Shown here: piece by piece, positions 1 through 13,100 of the stretch
Layout of the letters: every line of letters begins with the position of its first letter
How positions within the stretch are numbered: the stretch's first letter is position 1
Assembly: GCA_038087875.1 (NCBI GenBank)
Contig: CM075987.1
Coordinates: 16,928,001 to 16,992,000, forward strand
Direction: 5' to 3'
DNA from: Malacoraja senta
Taxonomy: Eukaryota
Length of the DNA stretch: 64,000 bases
Position numbers and translations under genes: made by a program
The notes under the pieces: generated by a model
What the model saw: only the letters and a program-made list of their open reading frames with translations
Databases searched by the model: none
Told to the model about the DNA's origin: nothing

Positions 1-137
1 ATGTTCCCCCGTAAACAGAACACCTCCCATTTCCTGAGATGAGAGATGTACTGCTTTTTGGTACTATCCCTCCAGGCCGCTGTTATCACATCCACGGTAC
101 GATCGGATAGTCCAAGACCCAGGTATGGCCTCCTCAG
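1..137 (-). CDS. N-terminus of DIRS tyrosine recombinase ORF (partial, not in ORF track)
   Basis: Manual translation LRRPYLGLGLSDRTVDVITAAWRDSTKKQYISHLRKWEVFCLRGN resembles the start of the DIRS YR core-binding domain and overlaps the end of the MT ORF. Confidence 0.7.
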   Translation of the reverse strand, partial: MRRPYLGLGLSDRTVDVITAAWRDSTKKQYISHLRKWEVFCLRGN

Positions 138-918
138 AATCTGCAAATTAACAGATTAATACGGTCATATAACGGATGTTGATCCACAGTTACATGGTGC
201 ACCAGCAGATCCCTACATTTTGAGACAGCCATTAGGGGCTGTGTTATTATCTGCAAAACGAGGGGCTGTGTAGGCCAGTCGGGTACCACCAAAATTCCTG
301 AGGCGGAGTCCTGCTTGATCTTGAGCAAGCACCGACTGATGAGGCAAAATGGGGGAAATGCATATAAAAACACTCCGCCCCAGTGTAGCGAGAATGCATC
401 TACCGCTACTGCCCCTGTGTCTGGTTCCCATGAAACATACTTCGGTAACTGGTGATTAAGTCTGGATGCAAATAAATCAATATCTGGCATCCCATATCGC
501 ACAACAATATCATTAAATACATCATGATTCAACATCCATTCTGTGTTGTCATTGAATTTGCATGACCTGGTGTCTGCCACCATGTTGAATCTACCTGATA
601 GGTAGATGGCTGACACCCAAATGTTCCTTGTAATACACCAGTGCCAAATAAGATTAGCCAATCTGTCACAAATTCCGACTTGATTCCACCCATGTGATTA
701 ACATACGCCACTGCCGTGGTGTTGTCAATCTGAAGTTGAACATGCAAGTGACGCTTAGTAGTACAATAAGCCTTAAGCCCATAAAATGCTCCCAATAGCT
801 CTAAATAGTTAATCCCATGTGAGTGAAGAATAAATGCCTCATGCAGATTCCATCTCCCTCCACAGCTGGAGATGGTATCAGTAGCACCCCCACCTAAGGC
901 ACTAACATCAGTCTGCAA
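134..918 (-). pseudogene. DIRS RNase H plus DNA N6-adenine methyltransferase-like domain (frameshifted)
   Basis: RNase H motifs 'QTDVSALGGG', 'INYLELLG' and 'DNTTAVAYVNHMGG'. MT-like motifs 'IDLFASRLNHQLPKYVSW', 'VDAFSLHW', 'YAFPPF' and 'VVPDWPTQP'. Confidence 0.85.
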
Positions 919-933
919 AACAACTGAAGGTTC

Positions 934-2134
934 CTAAACGAGAAGTTTGCTGGAGCAGCTTGAGATGTTTCTTATCCACCACTGCACTTCAGCAATAGCT
1001 TCAGCTGGTAATTGCATGGGCCTGTCGAAATGGCCTGCATGTTTCCTGAGTGCCTGTACCTTTGCACATTGCAAATTTTGGTAATGCAAAGGTCCATACT
1101 GTGCAGCTGGAAAGGAAGACACTAATTTGCCAATCAAGCTGGCCACATGTCTAATTGAAGGTTGTTGCTCCTCCGTGAGCTTGTTACAACAGCCTTCAAT
1201 TAAATCTAATCTCTTGCACCTGGGCAGAGTCACTGACATGTGAGTTGAGTTAATAATCAAGTGCTCTAACTGGTATCAATTTGGATTTAGCTGGGTGAAT
1301 GAGAAACCCCAATCGCTCAAACATGAGTTTAACAGCTGAAACAGATAATTCAGCTGCTTCCCGAGTCTTTCCTATGATTAAGATATCATCCAAATAAGCC
1401 ATTACAATATGACCCTGAACCCAGAGTAGCCCCAGTACTGGTTTTAACAGTTTTGTGAATAATCTAGGGCCCGAGGTTAGCCCATTCGGCAGTGCTTTAA
1501 ATTGCCATAATTGCCTCATCCAGCTAAACTTCAAATATCTCTGGTGACCCCTATGAACAGGCACTGAGTAATATGCATCCTTCAGTTGTATGCATGCCTT
1601 ATAACATCCTCTGGAAACCAATTGCTTGGCAGTAATAAATGTCTCCATTTTGAAATGTTTGTACTGCACAAACGGATTAAGACTAGTCAAGTCAAGGATG
1701 ATTCGACACCCACCATCCTTCTTTCGCTTAGGAAAAATATTAGATACGAATTGGTGAGGTTGATAAACCGTCTTCTCAATTATCCCTTTTTTATATAAGT
1801 TTTCAATTTCAGCTTGAACCTCCAAATTCTCTTTTTGTGAGAAAATGAGTGCCCGACTTGGTGTATGCTGTGTGGGTGGAGGCAAATTGGGAAGGAATTC
1901 AATTCGAAACCCTTGTATACTGTGCAGTACAAACGAATCTGATGTTATCCCACACCATTCCTGCAGAAACAAGTATAATCTTCCCCCAACTTGAAGGTGA
2001 CTCTCATTTAATATGTTCCAATGAGAACCAGACCCACCTACCTCCATGGTTACCGGTGTAGTTTTCTGTCCCCTGTCTCTGGTGGGATACGGCATGTTCG
2101 GCCGTGCCCCTGCTGAAGTGCGCCAGCTGCACAA
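934..2134 (-). pseudogene. DIRS reverse transcriptase (frameshifted near 1255)
   Basis: Motifs 'KKDGGCRIILDL', 'FKMET', 'LKDAYYSVPV', 'LPNGL…PRLFTK' and 'YLDDILI'. Continues in another frame as 'SLIGKL…QWW'. Confidence 0.9.
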
Positions 2135-2191
2135 ATTGAATGGCCGGCTTGGTCCTTGTACGGACCCGGTTTCAGCAAACCGCTTGTAGGG

Positions 2192-3271
2192 TTACTGCCG
2201 CCGAAGCGTTCTGCTGGCCATCGGTGCTTTGATCAGCCCAACCGTTCTTGCCTCGTCGTCCAGCTCCTTAACTCTTTTTGCGAGGTCCTCACCAAACAGC
2301 AGATTTGGTGGCTGGATATTGCTGGGCTTACACAGTGCGGCGAACTTCGGGTTGATGGTAGGTCGGATGGCGCTCTTTCTTAGACAGTTTATCTCGAAGT
2401 GCGCATTGCACATGAGGGCCAGGGCATCCTGCTGTACATCAGACAGGTGCCCTCCATCCACCGACCTGGCGTACGCTGTAATGCCCGAGGCGAGCAGCTT
2501 CAGCACCCTCTGTAGCCTTATTTCCTGGGCCCTGATGCCTACGCCCATATGACCCCAAATGGCGTGGTTCACTGTCGACACTTTGAGCAGTATACAATTA
2601 ACCGGGGTGTTGTACTTCTTGGCCGTTTCATCCATGGTAAGCTCTTGAAGTTGGTGCGAAGCCAAGTAATTAATACTTGCAGCCAACTCTTCCCCCAGCG
2701 GCTCTCCCGAATCTGTTGGGATGGCAAATCTTGCTGCCAGGAATGGTACCTCTGACTCGTGCCCTTCATCCCTTGGGGTAGCCTCCACTGTTAGACCCAC
2801 AGACTCGGCGTCAGAATAATACTGACCCGGCATGCTCTCCTTCTCGAAGAGGGAGACACTAAGCAGCCCTGATTCAGGTGCCGCTGGCGCCGGCTCTCCA
2901 ATAGGCCGGCGCTGACACAACTCCCCCTGTTGGAGTGTATCTTGGTGGAGCATCTTCTCCATTAAGAGCTCCATCCTGGATAACCTTGCAAATAAGGTAC
3001 CCATACCCGGAGGGGAACCCTCCCGGCCCGACTCGTCCGAGTCCAATGGCCGTGCAGACTTTTTGGTGGCTTTGCGCCCCAAAGGTGCAGCCACGGTGCT
3101 CTCCGAGCCCAAGTCTGCAATCGCTGGTCGTACCGCTAGCGACTCAGTAGGTGAGCTAGGCAGCCGCCCGTTACCCGCACTGCCACGGTCTTCTCTAGCT
3201 ACTCTCCCGACGGCTCGCCTTGCCTTCACCCTCGACTCTTTCTCCATACTTGAACTTGTGTCCTGTAGCAA
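2192..3271 (-). CDS. DIRS ORF1 (gag-like), 359 aa
   Basis: Open ORF directly upstream of the RT ORF. C-terminal 'RKSAIRP…LLFGEDLAKRVKE' resembles DIRS gag ends. Confidence 0.7.
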   Translation of the reverse strand: MLQDTSSSMEKESRVKARRAVGRVAREDRGSAGNGRLPSSPTESLAVRPAIADLGSESTVAAPLGRKATKKSARPLDSDESGREGSPPGMGTLFARLSRMELLMEKMLHQDTLQQGELCQRRPIGEPAPAAPESGLLSVSLFEKESMPGQYYSDAESVGLTVEATPRDEGHESEVPFLAARFAIPTDSGEPLGEELAASINYLASHQLQELTMDETAKKYNTPVNCILLKVSTVNHAIWGHMGVGIRAQEIRLQRVLKLLASGITAYARSVDGGHLSDVQQDALALMCNAHFEINCLRKSAIRPTINPKFAALCKPSNIQPPNLLFGEDLAKRVKELDDEARTVGLIKAPMASRTLRRQ

Positions 3272-3849
3272 GAATTCCCATGCGCAGAAAACGACCTCCG
3301 ACTAAGTTTTACACTTACCTGCGGCTTTTTTAACTTACCGCTGGAGGAGCGATGCACCTCCCAGCCAGTCGCTGCGCCATGCGTCAGACGTAATGACGCG
3401 CATGCGGACTGGCGGGACTTCTTCACGGAATCACTCACGTGACTCCGAAGTAAAATCTCCTATGTGGGACCTTATCAAATGCTTTCTGAAAGTCCAGGTA
3501 CACTACATCCACTGGCTCTCCCTTGTCCATTTTCCGAGTTACATCCTCAAAAAATTCCAGAAGATTAGTCAAGCATGATTTCCCCTTCATAAATCCATGC
3601 TGACTCGGACCGATCCTGTTACTGCTATCCAAATGCGTCGCTATTTCATCTTTTATAATTGACTCCAGCATCTTCCCCACCACCAGGCTAATTGGTCAGT
3701 AATTTCCTGTTTTCTCTCTCCCGCCTTTCTTAAAAAGTGGGATAACATTAGCTATCCTCCAATCCACATTAGCTACCCTCCGATCCTGAATCTATAGAAC
3801 ATTGGAAAATGATCACCAATGCATCTACTATTTCTGGAGCCACCTCCTT

Positions 3850-6800
3850 TTGTGGAAGGTGCGACCTGTACAAAAAGGATGGGTTGCACTTGAACCTGAG
3901 GGGGACCAATATCCTGGCGGGGAGATTTGCAAAGGCTACTGGGGAGACTTTAAACTAGAACGGTTGGGGGGAGGGACTCAAATAGAGAAAGCTATTAGTC
4001 AGTATGTGAGGCAGGAGGCAGAGAAGGAAAGCACTCAGACCCAACATGTAGGGGGGAAAGAAGAAAACAATAATAAACAGAGAATAAGAGGTGGTGGGGT
4101 TCTTAAATGGGTGAGCAGAGAAACAGAGGAGTGTAAAATGCGGGCAGAAGCAATAGGTAGCAAGGTGAAAAGTAAAAGTGGCAGGCAGACAAATCCAGGA
4201 CAAAAATCAAAAAGGGCCACTTTTCAACATAATTGTAAAAGGGGTAAGAGCGTTGTAAAAACAAGCCTGAAGGCTTTGTGTCTCAATGCAAGGAGCATTC
4301 GTAATAAGGTGGATGAGTTGAATGTGCAGAATGCTATTAATGATTATGATATAGTTGGGATCACGGAGACATGGCTCCAGGGTGACCAAGGCTGGGAGCT
4401 GAACATCCAGGTATATTCAATATTCAGGAGGGATAGAGAGAAAGCAAAAGGAGGTGGGGTAGCGTTGCTGGTTAGAGAGGAGATTAACGCAGTGGAAAGG
4501 AAGGACATTAGCTTGGAGGATGTGGAATCGGTATGGGTAGAGCTGCGAAACACTAAGGGGCAGAAAACGCTGGTGGGTGTTGTGTACAGGCCACCTAACA
4601 GTAGTAGTGAAGTTGGGGATGGCATCAAACAGGAAATTAGAAATGCGTGCAACAAAGGCAAAACAGTTATAATAGGTGACTTCAATCTACATATAGATTG
4701 GGTGAATCAAATTGGCAGGGGTGCTGAAGAAGAGGATTTCTTGGAATGTATGCGGGATAGTTATCTAAACCAACATGTAGAGGAACCAACGAGAGAGCAG
4801 GCTATTCTAGACTGGGTATTGAGTAATGAGGAAGGGTTAGTTAGCAGTCTTGTTGTGCGTGCCCCCTTGGGCAAGAGTGACCATAATATGGTTGAGTTCT
4901 TCATTAGGATGGAGAGTGACATTGTTAATTCAGAAACAATGGTTCTGAACTTACAGAAAGGTAACTTTGAGGGTATGAGACGTGAATTGGCCAAGATTGA
5001 CTGGCAATTAGTTCTAAAAGGGTTGACGGTGGATATGCAATGGAAGGCATTTAAAGACTGCATGGATGAACTACAAAAATTGTTCTTCCCAGTTTGGGAA
5101 AAGAATAAATCAGGGAAGGTAGTGCATCCGTGGATAACAAGGGAAATCAGGGATAGTATCAAAGCAAAAGATGATGCGTACAAATTAGCCAGAAAAAGCA
5201 GCATACCAGAGGACTGGGAGAAATTCAGAGACCAGCAGAGGAGGACAAAGGGCTTAATTAGGAAAGGGAAAATAGATTATGAAAGAAAACTGGCAGGGAA
5301 CATAATAACTGACTGCAAAAGTTTTTATAGATATGTGAAGAGAAAGAGATTAGTTAAAACAAATGTAGGTCCCTTGCAGTCAGATACAGGTGAATTGATC
5401 ATGGGGAACAAGGATATGGCGGACCAATTGAATAACTACTTTGGTTCCGTCTTCACTAAGGAAGACATAAATTATCTGCCGGAAATAGCAGGGGACCGCG
5501 GGTCAAAAGAGATGGAGGAACTGAGTGAAATCCAGGTTAGTCGGGAAGTAGTGTTGGGTAAATTGAATGGATTAAAGGCTGATAAATCACCAGGGCCAGA
5601 TAGGCTGCATCCCAGAGTACTTAAGGAAGTAGCTCCAGAAATAGTGGATGCATTAGTGATAATTTTTCAAAACTCTTTAGATTCTGGAGTAGTTCCTGAG
5701 GATTGGAGGGTAGCAAACGTAACCCCAATTTTTAAGAAGGGAGGGAGAGAGAAAACGGGGAATTACTGACCAGTTAGTCTAACATCGGTAGTGGGGAAAC
5801 TGCTAGAGTCAGTTATTAAAGATGGGATAGCAGCACATTTGGAAAGTCGTGAAATCATTGGACAAAGTCAGCATGGATTTACAAAAGGTAAATCATGTCT
5901 GACGAATCTTATAGAATTTTTCGAGGATGTAACTAGTAGAGTGGATAGGGGAGAACCAGTGGATGTGTTGTATCTGGACTTTCAGAAGGCTTTCGACAAG
6001 GTCCCACATAAGAGATTAATATACAAACTTAAAGCACACGGTATTGGGGGTTCAGTATTGATGTGGATAGAGAACTGGCTGGCAAACAGGAAGCAAAGAG
6101 TAGGAGTAAATGGGTCCTTTTCACAATGGCCGGCAGTGACTAGTGGGGTACCACAAGGCTCAGTGCTGGGACCCCAGCTATTTACAATTTATATTAATGA
6201 ACTGGATGTGGGAATTGAAGGCAACATCTCCAAGTTTGCGGATGACACTAAGCTGGGGGGCAGTGTTAGCTGTGAGGAGGATGCTAGGGGACTGCAAGGT
6301 GACTTAGATAGGCTGGGTGAGTGGGCAAATGTTTGGCAGGTGCAGTATAATGTGGATAAATGTGAGGTTATCCACTTTGGTGGCAAAAACAGGAAAGCAG
6401 ACTATTATCTAAATGGTGGCCGATTAGGAAAAGGGGAGATGCAGCGAGACCTGGGTGTCATGGTACACCAGTCATTGAAAGTAGGCAGGTACACAAAAAT
6501 GCTGGAGAAACTCAGCGGATGCAGCAGCATCTATGGAGCGAAGGAAATAGGTAACGTTTCGGGCCGAAACCCTTCTAACCCTTGAAAGTAGGCATGCAGG
6601 TGCAGCAGGCAGTGAAGAAAGCGAATGGTATGTTAGCTTTCATACCAAAAGGATTTGAGTATAGGAGCTGGGAGGTTCTACTGCAGTTGTACAGGGTCTT
6701 GGTGAGACCACACCTGGAGTATTGCGTACAGTTTTGGTCTCCAAATCTGAGGAAGGACATTATAGCCATAGCGGGAGTGCAGAGAAGGTTCACCAGACTG

Positions 6801-7273
6801 ATTCCTGGGATGTCAGGACTTTCATATGAAGAAAGACTGGATAGACTCGGCTTATACTTGCTAGAATTTAGGAGATTGAGAGGGGATCTTATAGAAACTT
6901 ACAAGATTCTTATGGGGTTGGACAGGCTAGATGCAGGAAGATTGTTCCCGATGTTGGGGAAGTCCAGGACAAGGGGTCACAGGTTAAGGATAAGGGGGAA
7001 ATCCTTTAAGACTGAGATGAGAAAAAACTTTTTCACACAGAGAGTGGTGAATCTCTGGAACTCTCTGCCACAGAGGGTAGTTGAGGCCAGTTCATTGGCT
7101 ATATTTAAGAGGGTGTTAGATGTGGCCCTTGTGGCTAAAGGGATCAGGGGGTATGGAGAGAAGGCAGGTACGGGATACTGAGTTGGATGATCAGCCATGA
7201 TCATATTGAATGGCGGTGCAGGCTCGAAGGGCCGAATGGCCTACTCCTGCACCTATTTTCTATGTATCTATGT
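3850..7273 (+). mobile_element. CR1 LINE 'A', 5'-truncated (end of ORF1 + complete ORF2 APE-EN/RT + 3' tail); inactivated by a stop at 5767-5769 and an insertion at 6488-6581
   Basis: APE motifs 'ITETWL', 'GDFN' and 'SDH'. RT motifs '[10 protein letters not shown]' and 'FADD'. Short-repeat tail ttctatgtatctatgt. Confidence 0.95.
6488..6581 (-). mobile_element. 94-bp Penelope-terminal-repeat-derived insertion with 13-bp TSD
   Basis: TSD ttgaaagtaggca at 6475-6487 and 6582-6594. The empty site is present in the duplicated copy near 22935-22950. Confidence 0.85.
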
Positions 7274-9489
7274 AAGTACCCTGGGATGCAGACCATCAGG
7301 CCCTGGGGATTTATCAGCCTTCAGTCCCATCAGTCTATCCAACACCATTTCCTGCCTAATGTGGATTTCCTTCAGTTCCTCCGTCACCCCAGATCCTCTG
7401 GCCACTACTATATCAGGAAGATTGTTTGTGTCCTCCTTTGTGAAGACGGATCCAAAGTACCTGTTCAACTCATCTGCCATTTCCTTGTTCCCCATAATAA
7501 ATTCACCTGTCTTCAAGGGACCCACATTTGTCTTAACTATTGTTTACCTCTTCACATACCTAAAGAAGCTTTTACTATCCTCCTTTATATTCTTGGCTAG
7601 CTTACCTTCGTACCTTATCTTTTCTCCCCTTATTGCCTTTTTAGTTATTTTCTGTTGCTCTTTAAAAGTTTCCCAATCCTCTGGCTTCCCGCTCATCTTT
7701 GCTATGTTATACTTCTTCTCTTTTATTTTTATACTGTCCCTGACTTCCCTTGTCAGCCACAGTTGCCTCTTACTCCCCTTAGAATCCTTCTTCCTCTTTG
7801 GAATTAACTGATCCTGCACCTTCTGTATTATTCCCAGAAATACCTGCCATTGTTGTTCCACTGTCATCCCTGCTAGGGTCTCTTTCCAGTCAACTTTGGC
7901 CAGCTCCTCCCTCATGGCTTCATAGTCCCCTTTGCTCAACTGTAATACCGACACTTGCGATGTTTCCTTCTCCCTCTCACTCATTTGCCAGCTTTCTCAC
8001 TCCTACTACAATTAGTCTGAAGAAGGGTCCTGACACCAAAACCTATCCTACCCATGGCCAAAAGCCTGGCAAATGATAGGTGGATACAGGTGAGGGAGGT
8101 TTGATTGGCAGATAGGTGGACAAAGTCAGCAGATGAAGAGAAGACAAAAGGGTGACATAAGGAGAGGAGAGGAGTCACATATCCATGCTCTCCAGCGATG
8201 CTGCCTGGCCCGCTGAGTTCCTACAGCACTCTGTGTGTGGACAATATTAGATGCATTGGGTGTGGACAGGGCACCCCTGGGCCATTTTCTTCTTGCCGAA
8301 TGAGTGCTGGTGTTGTAACTGTGCTGGAACAGCTTGGCTCGAGGCATGGCCGTCTGAAGTTGAGACTGTTGTCTGGTCCCATAGTCACTGCTGGATTCAA
8401 TACCAGGTCCCAATATTATGTGAAGCAAATCTATAATGGTGGGATATATCTGTGATGGTGGCGATCCCAAAAAGAATCTGGGGTCAATGTTTTATTTTTA
8501 ACATGAATATAAAAGCTTCAATAAAAATAGAAGCATTGCAAATGTTCCTCAGCTCAGCAACAGTTGTGGAGACGATGATCTTCCAGCATATCCAGAAGTT
8601 CAAAAAGATCAAGTTTTAAGATGAAAGCAAGAGATGGTGTCGAGGGAACAAAGGGAAGGCCAATGACAAGGTGGACTAAGAAAGACTAAATTATGCAAAT
8701 ATCAGTGCTGTCAGGGTAGTGAAGACTCATGACCTACAGATTACTAATTAAATTCACGACAGGGCTTAGATGGCAGGGCCCTGGAGGATATTGTGAAACA
8801 GAGACACCTAGGGGTATGGATTTCTCTGAATGTGGCGACACAACTGGACAGGGTGGTGACAAAGGCACACTTGCCTCCATCGGTCAGGACACTGATAAAA
8901 GCGTTGGGACGTCATGATACAACTGTACAAGGCATTGTTGACATTACAGGGTTGGAGCTACACAGCACTGAAACAGTGCTGATCTAGTCCTAGGACATTG
9001 GGAGGGGATGAGCCTTTTGGGACCAGTGACCACTATCAGGTTTAAGATACTTATGGATATAGACAAGGCGGGCCCACGAGTTACAATTCTAAATTGGGGC
9101 AAGGCCAACTTTGAAGTTATTCGACAGGAACTCACTCAAGTTGATTGGAGCAGGTCTTCTGAAGGAAAAGGAGCGTCAGGAAAGTGGGATGTTTGTTTAA
9201 AAGTGTGACAAGAGTTCAGGGCATGCATGTCCCTGTTAGAGTGAAAGGCAAAGCAGGTGGGCATATGGAGGCTTGGATAAGGAGAGAAATTGAGGCTCTG
9301 GCCAAGAATAAATAGGAGGCATGGGACAGATTCAGGCCGCTGGGTTTTTGTATCCCTGGAGGAGTTTCGGGGAAAAAAGAAGCACATTTAAAAAAGGAAA
9401 TCAGGAGGAAAACAAGGAGATTGCTCTGGCAGATAATATTAAAGATAATCCCAAAAAATGCTATGAACACATTAAGGGAAAAAGAGAAG

Positions 9490-10078
9490 GTGAACACAAA
9501 ATGCTTGAGTAACTTCACGGGACAGTCAGCATCTCTGGATAGAAGTAAGTAGTCATGTTTCGGGTCAAAACCCTTCAGACTGAGAGTCAGGGTGGAGGAA
9601 GACACGGATATAAGGAAGGGAAACGTGTGAAAACGAAACATCAAAAGAGATAGAGCTCAAGGAAAATGTAGAATAGATCATTGTTAGCTAGGAGAAGGTG
9701 AAAACAAAGCAAACAGAGACAAAATGTAGTCGGGGTCAGTCCGACTGGTCGGAGAACTAGGATGGGCGAGGGATGGAGAGAGAGGGAAAGCAAGGGTTAC
9801 TTTAAGTTAGAGAAGTCAGTATTCTACTGCTGGGGTGTAAGCTGCCCAAGCGAAAGATGAGGTGCTGTTCCTCCAATTTACGCTGGGCATCACTCTGAAT
9901 GGAGGAAGCCCAAGGCAGAAAGGTCGGTGTGGGAATGGGAGGGGGAGTTTAAGTGTTTAGCAACCGGCAGATTAGGTAGGTTTAGGCAGGCTGAGCAGAG
10001 GTGTTCAGCGAAACGATCACCGAGCCTGCGCTTGGACTCACCGATATACAAGAGTCCACACCTGGAACAGCAGGAATC
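9490..10078 (-). mobile_element. Penelope-like element 3' fragment (GIY-YIG endonuclease + terminal repeat)
   Basis: 'CSRCGLLYIGESKRRLGDRFAEH…PVAKHLNSPSH…QRKLEEQHLIFRLGSL' is a PLE GIY-YIG domain, followed by terminal-repeat sequence with a degenerate hammerhead core. Confidence 0.85.
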
Positions 10079-10109
10079 AAAGCGGTCGACTATGAGGTTT
10101 AAGATAGTT

Positions 10110-13100
10110 ATAGAAACATAGAAACATAGAAAATAGGTGCAGGAGTAGGCTATTCGGCCCTTCGAGTCTGCACCGCCATTCAATATGATCATGGCTGATC
10201 ATCCAACTCAGTATCCTGTACCTGCTTTCTCTCCATACCCCCTGATCCCTTTAGCCACAAGGGCCACATCTAACTCCCTCTTAAATATAGCCAATGAACT
10301 GGCCTCAACTACCTTCTGTGGCAGAGAATTCCAGAGATTCACCACTCTCTGTGTGAAAAATGTTTTCCTCATCTCGGTCCTAAAAGATTTCCCCCTTATC
10401 CTTAAACTGTGACCCCTTGTTATGGACCTCCCCAACATCGGGAACAATCTTCCTGCATCTAGCCTGTCCAACCCCTTAAGAATTTTGTACGTTTCTATAA
10501 GATCCCCCCTCAATCTTCTAAATTCTAGCGAGTACAAACCGAGTCTATCCAGTCTTTCTTCATATGAAAGTCCTGACATCCCAGGAATCAGTCTGGTGAA
10601 CCTTCTCTGTACTCCCTCTATGGCAAGAATGTCTTTCCTCAGATTAGGAGACCAAAACTGTACGCAATACTCCAGGTGTGGTCTCACCAAGACCCTGTAC
10701 AACTGCAGTAGAACCTCCCTGCTCCTATACTCAAATCCTTTTGCTATGAATGCTAACATACCATTCGCCTTCTTCACTGCCTGCTGCACCTGCATGCCTA
10801 CTGTTAATGACTGGTGTACCATGACACCCAGGTCTCGTTTCATCTCCCCTTTTCCTAATCGGTCACCATTCAGATAATAGTCTACTTTCCTGTTTTGCCA
10901 CCAAAGTGGATAACCTCACATTTATCCACATTATACTGCATCTGCCATGCATTTGCCCACTCACCCAGCCTATCCAAGTCACCTTGCAGCCTCCGAGCAT
11001 CCTCCTCACAGCTAATACTGCCCCCCAGCTTCGTGTCATCCGCAAACTTTGAGATGTTGCATTCAATTCCCTCGTCCAAATCATTAATATATATGGTAAA
11101 TAGCTGGGGTCCCAGCACTGAGCCTTGCGGTACCCCACTAGTCACTGCCTGCCATTCTGAAAAGAACCCGTTAACTCCTACTCTTTGCTTCCTGTCTGCC
11201 AGCAGTTCTCTATCCACATCAATACTGAACCCCCAATACCGTGTGCTTTAAGTTTGTATACTAATCTCTTATGTGGGACTTTGTCGAAAGCCTTCTGAAA
11301 GTCCAGATATAACACATCCACTGGTTCTCCCCTATCCACTCTACTAGTTACATCCTCGAAAAATTCTATAAGATTCGTCAGACATGATTTACCTTTCGTA
11401 AATCCATGCTGACTTTGTCCAATGATTTCACCACTTTCCAAATGTGCTGCTATCCCATCTTTAATAACTGACTCTAGCAGTTTCCCCACTACCGATGTTA
11501 GACTAACTGGTCTGTAATTCCCCGTTTTCTCTCTCCCTCCCTTCTTAAAAAGTGGGGTTACTTTTGCTACCCTACAATCCTCAGGAACTACTCCAGAATC
11601 TAAAGAGTTTTGAAAAATTATCACTAATGCATCCACTATTTCTGGGGCTACTTCCTTAAGTACTCTGGGATGCAGCCTATCTGGCCCTGGGGATTTATCG
11701 GCCTTTAATCCATTCAATTTACCTAACACCACTTCCCGGCTAACCTGGATTTCACTCAGTTCCTCCATCTCATTGGACCCCCGGTCCCCTGCTATTTCCG
11801 GCAAATTATTTATGTCTTCCTTAGTGAAGACAGAACCAAAGTAGTTATTCAATTGGTCTGCCATGTCCTTGTTCCCCATGATCAATTCACCTGTTTCTGA
11901 CTGCAAGGGACCTACATTTGTTTTAACTAATCCTTTGCTCTTCACATATCTATAAAAGCTTTTGCAGTCAGTTTTTATGTTCCCTGCCAGTTTTCTTTCA
12001 TAATCTATTTTCCCTTTCCTAATTAAGCCCTTTGTCCTCCTCTGCTGGACTCTGAATTTCTCCCAGTCCTCGGGGAGGCTGCCTTTTCTGGCTAATTTGT
12101 ACGCTTCATCTTTTGTTTTGATACTATCTCTGATTTCCTTGTTATCCATGGATGCACTACCTTCCCTGATTATTTTTTTTTGCCAAACTGGGATGAACAA
12201 TTGTTGTATTTCATCCATGCAGTCTTTAAATGCCTTCCATTGCATATCTACCGTCAACCCATTAAGAATCAATTGCCAGTCTATCTTGGCCAATTCACTT
12301 CTCATACCCTCAAAGTTACCTTTCTTTAAGTTCAGGAACCTTGTTTCTGAATTAACAATGTCACTCTCCATCCTAATGAAGAACTCAACCATATTATGGT
12401 CACTCTTGCCCAAGGGACCACGCACAACAAGACTGCTAACTAACCCTTCCTCATTACTCAATACCCAATCTAGAATAGCCTGCTCTCTCGTTGGTTCCTC
12501 TACATGTTGGTTTAGAAAACTATCCCGCATACATTCCAAGAAATCCTCTTCCTCAGCACCCTTGCCAATTTGATTCACCCAACCTATATGTAGATTGAAG
12601 TCACCCATTATAACTGTTTTACCTTTGTTGCACGCATTTCTAATTTCCTGTTTGATGCCATCCCCAACTCCACTACTACTGTTAGGTGGCCTGTACACAA
12701 CTCCCACTAGTGTTTTCTGCCCCTTAGTGTTTCGCAGCTCTACCCATATTTGAGTATAGGAGCAGGGAGGTTCTACTGCAGTTGTACAGGGTCTTGGTGA
12801 GACCACACCTGGAGTATTGCGTACAGTTTTGGTCTCCAAATCTGAGGAAGGACATTATAGCCATAGAGGGAGTGCAGAGAAGGTTCACCAGACTGATTCC
12901 TGGGATGTCAGGACTTTCATATGAAGAAAGACTGGATAGACTTGGCTTATACTCGCTAGAATTTAGGAGATTGAGAGGGGATCTTATAGAAACGTACAAA
13001 ATTCTTATGGGGTTGGACAGGCTAGATGCAGGAAGATTGTTCCCGATGTTGGGGAAGTCCAGGACAAGGGGTCACAGCTTAAGGATAAGGGGGAAATCCT

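Larger units (their letters stand above)
1..3455 (-). mobile_element. DIRS-group tyrosine-recombinase retrotransposon (gag - RT - RNase H - methyltransferase-like - YR), degraded, running off the left edge
   Basis: Domain order on the - strand matches DIRS1. The terminus begins TTTTACTTCGGAGTCACGTG at ~3455 and abuts a CR1 RT fragment (…FDKVPHRR). No TSD is visible in the window. Confidence 0.88.
3454..7980 (-). mobile_element. Older CR1 LINE ORF2 fragment (host), split into 3454-3849 and 7274-7980 by insertion of CR1-A
   Basis: Flanks rejoin as gccacctcctt|aagtaccctgggatgc. RT peptides '[14 protein letters not shown]' and 'KSPGPDGLHPRVL'. Confidence 0.85.

Noticed and set aside
8240..8460. 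Unique-looking ORFs inside the duplicated arm as a captured gene
   Set aside because: 'AKLFQHSYNT' on the - strand resembles an old LINE RT remnant; no good splice signals.
11178..12839. 553-aa ORF with a novel N-terminus (also chimeric ORFs at 3802, 9890, 22349 and 62327)
   Set aside because: The N-termini are read-through across insertion junctions, not genuine fusions.
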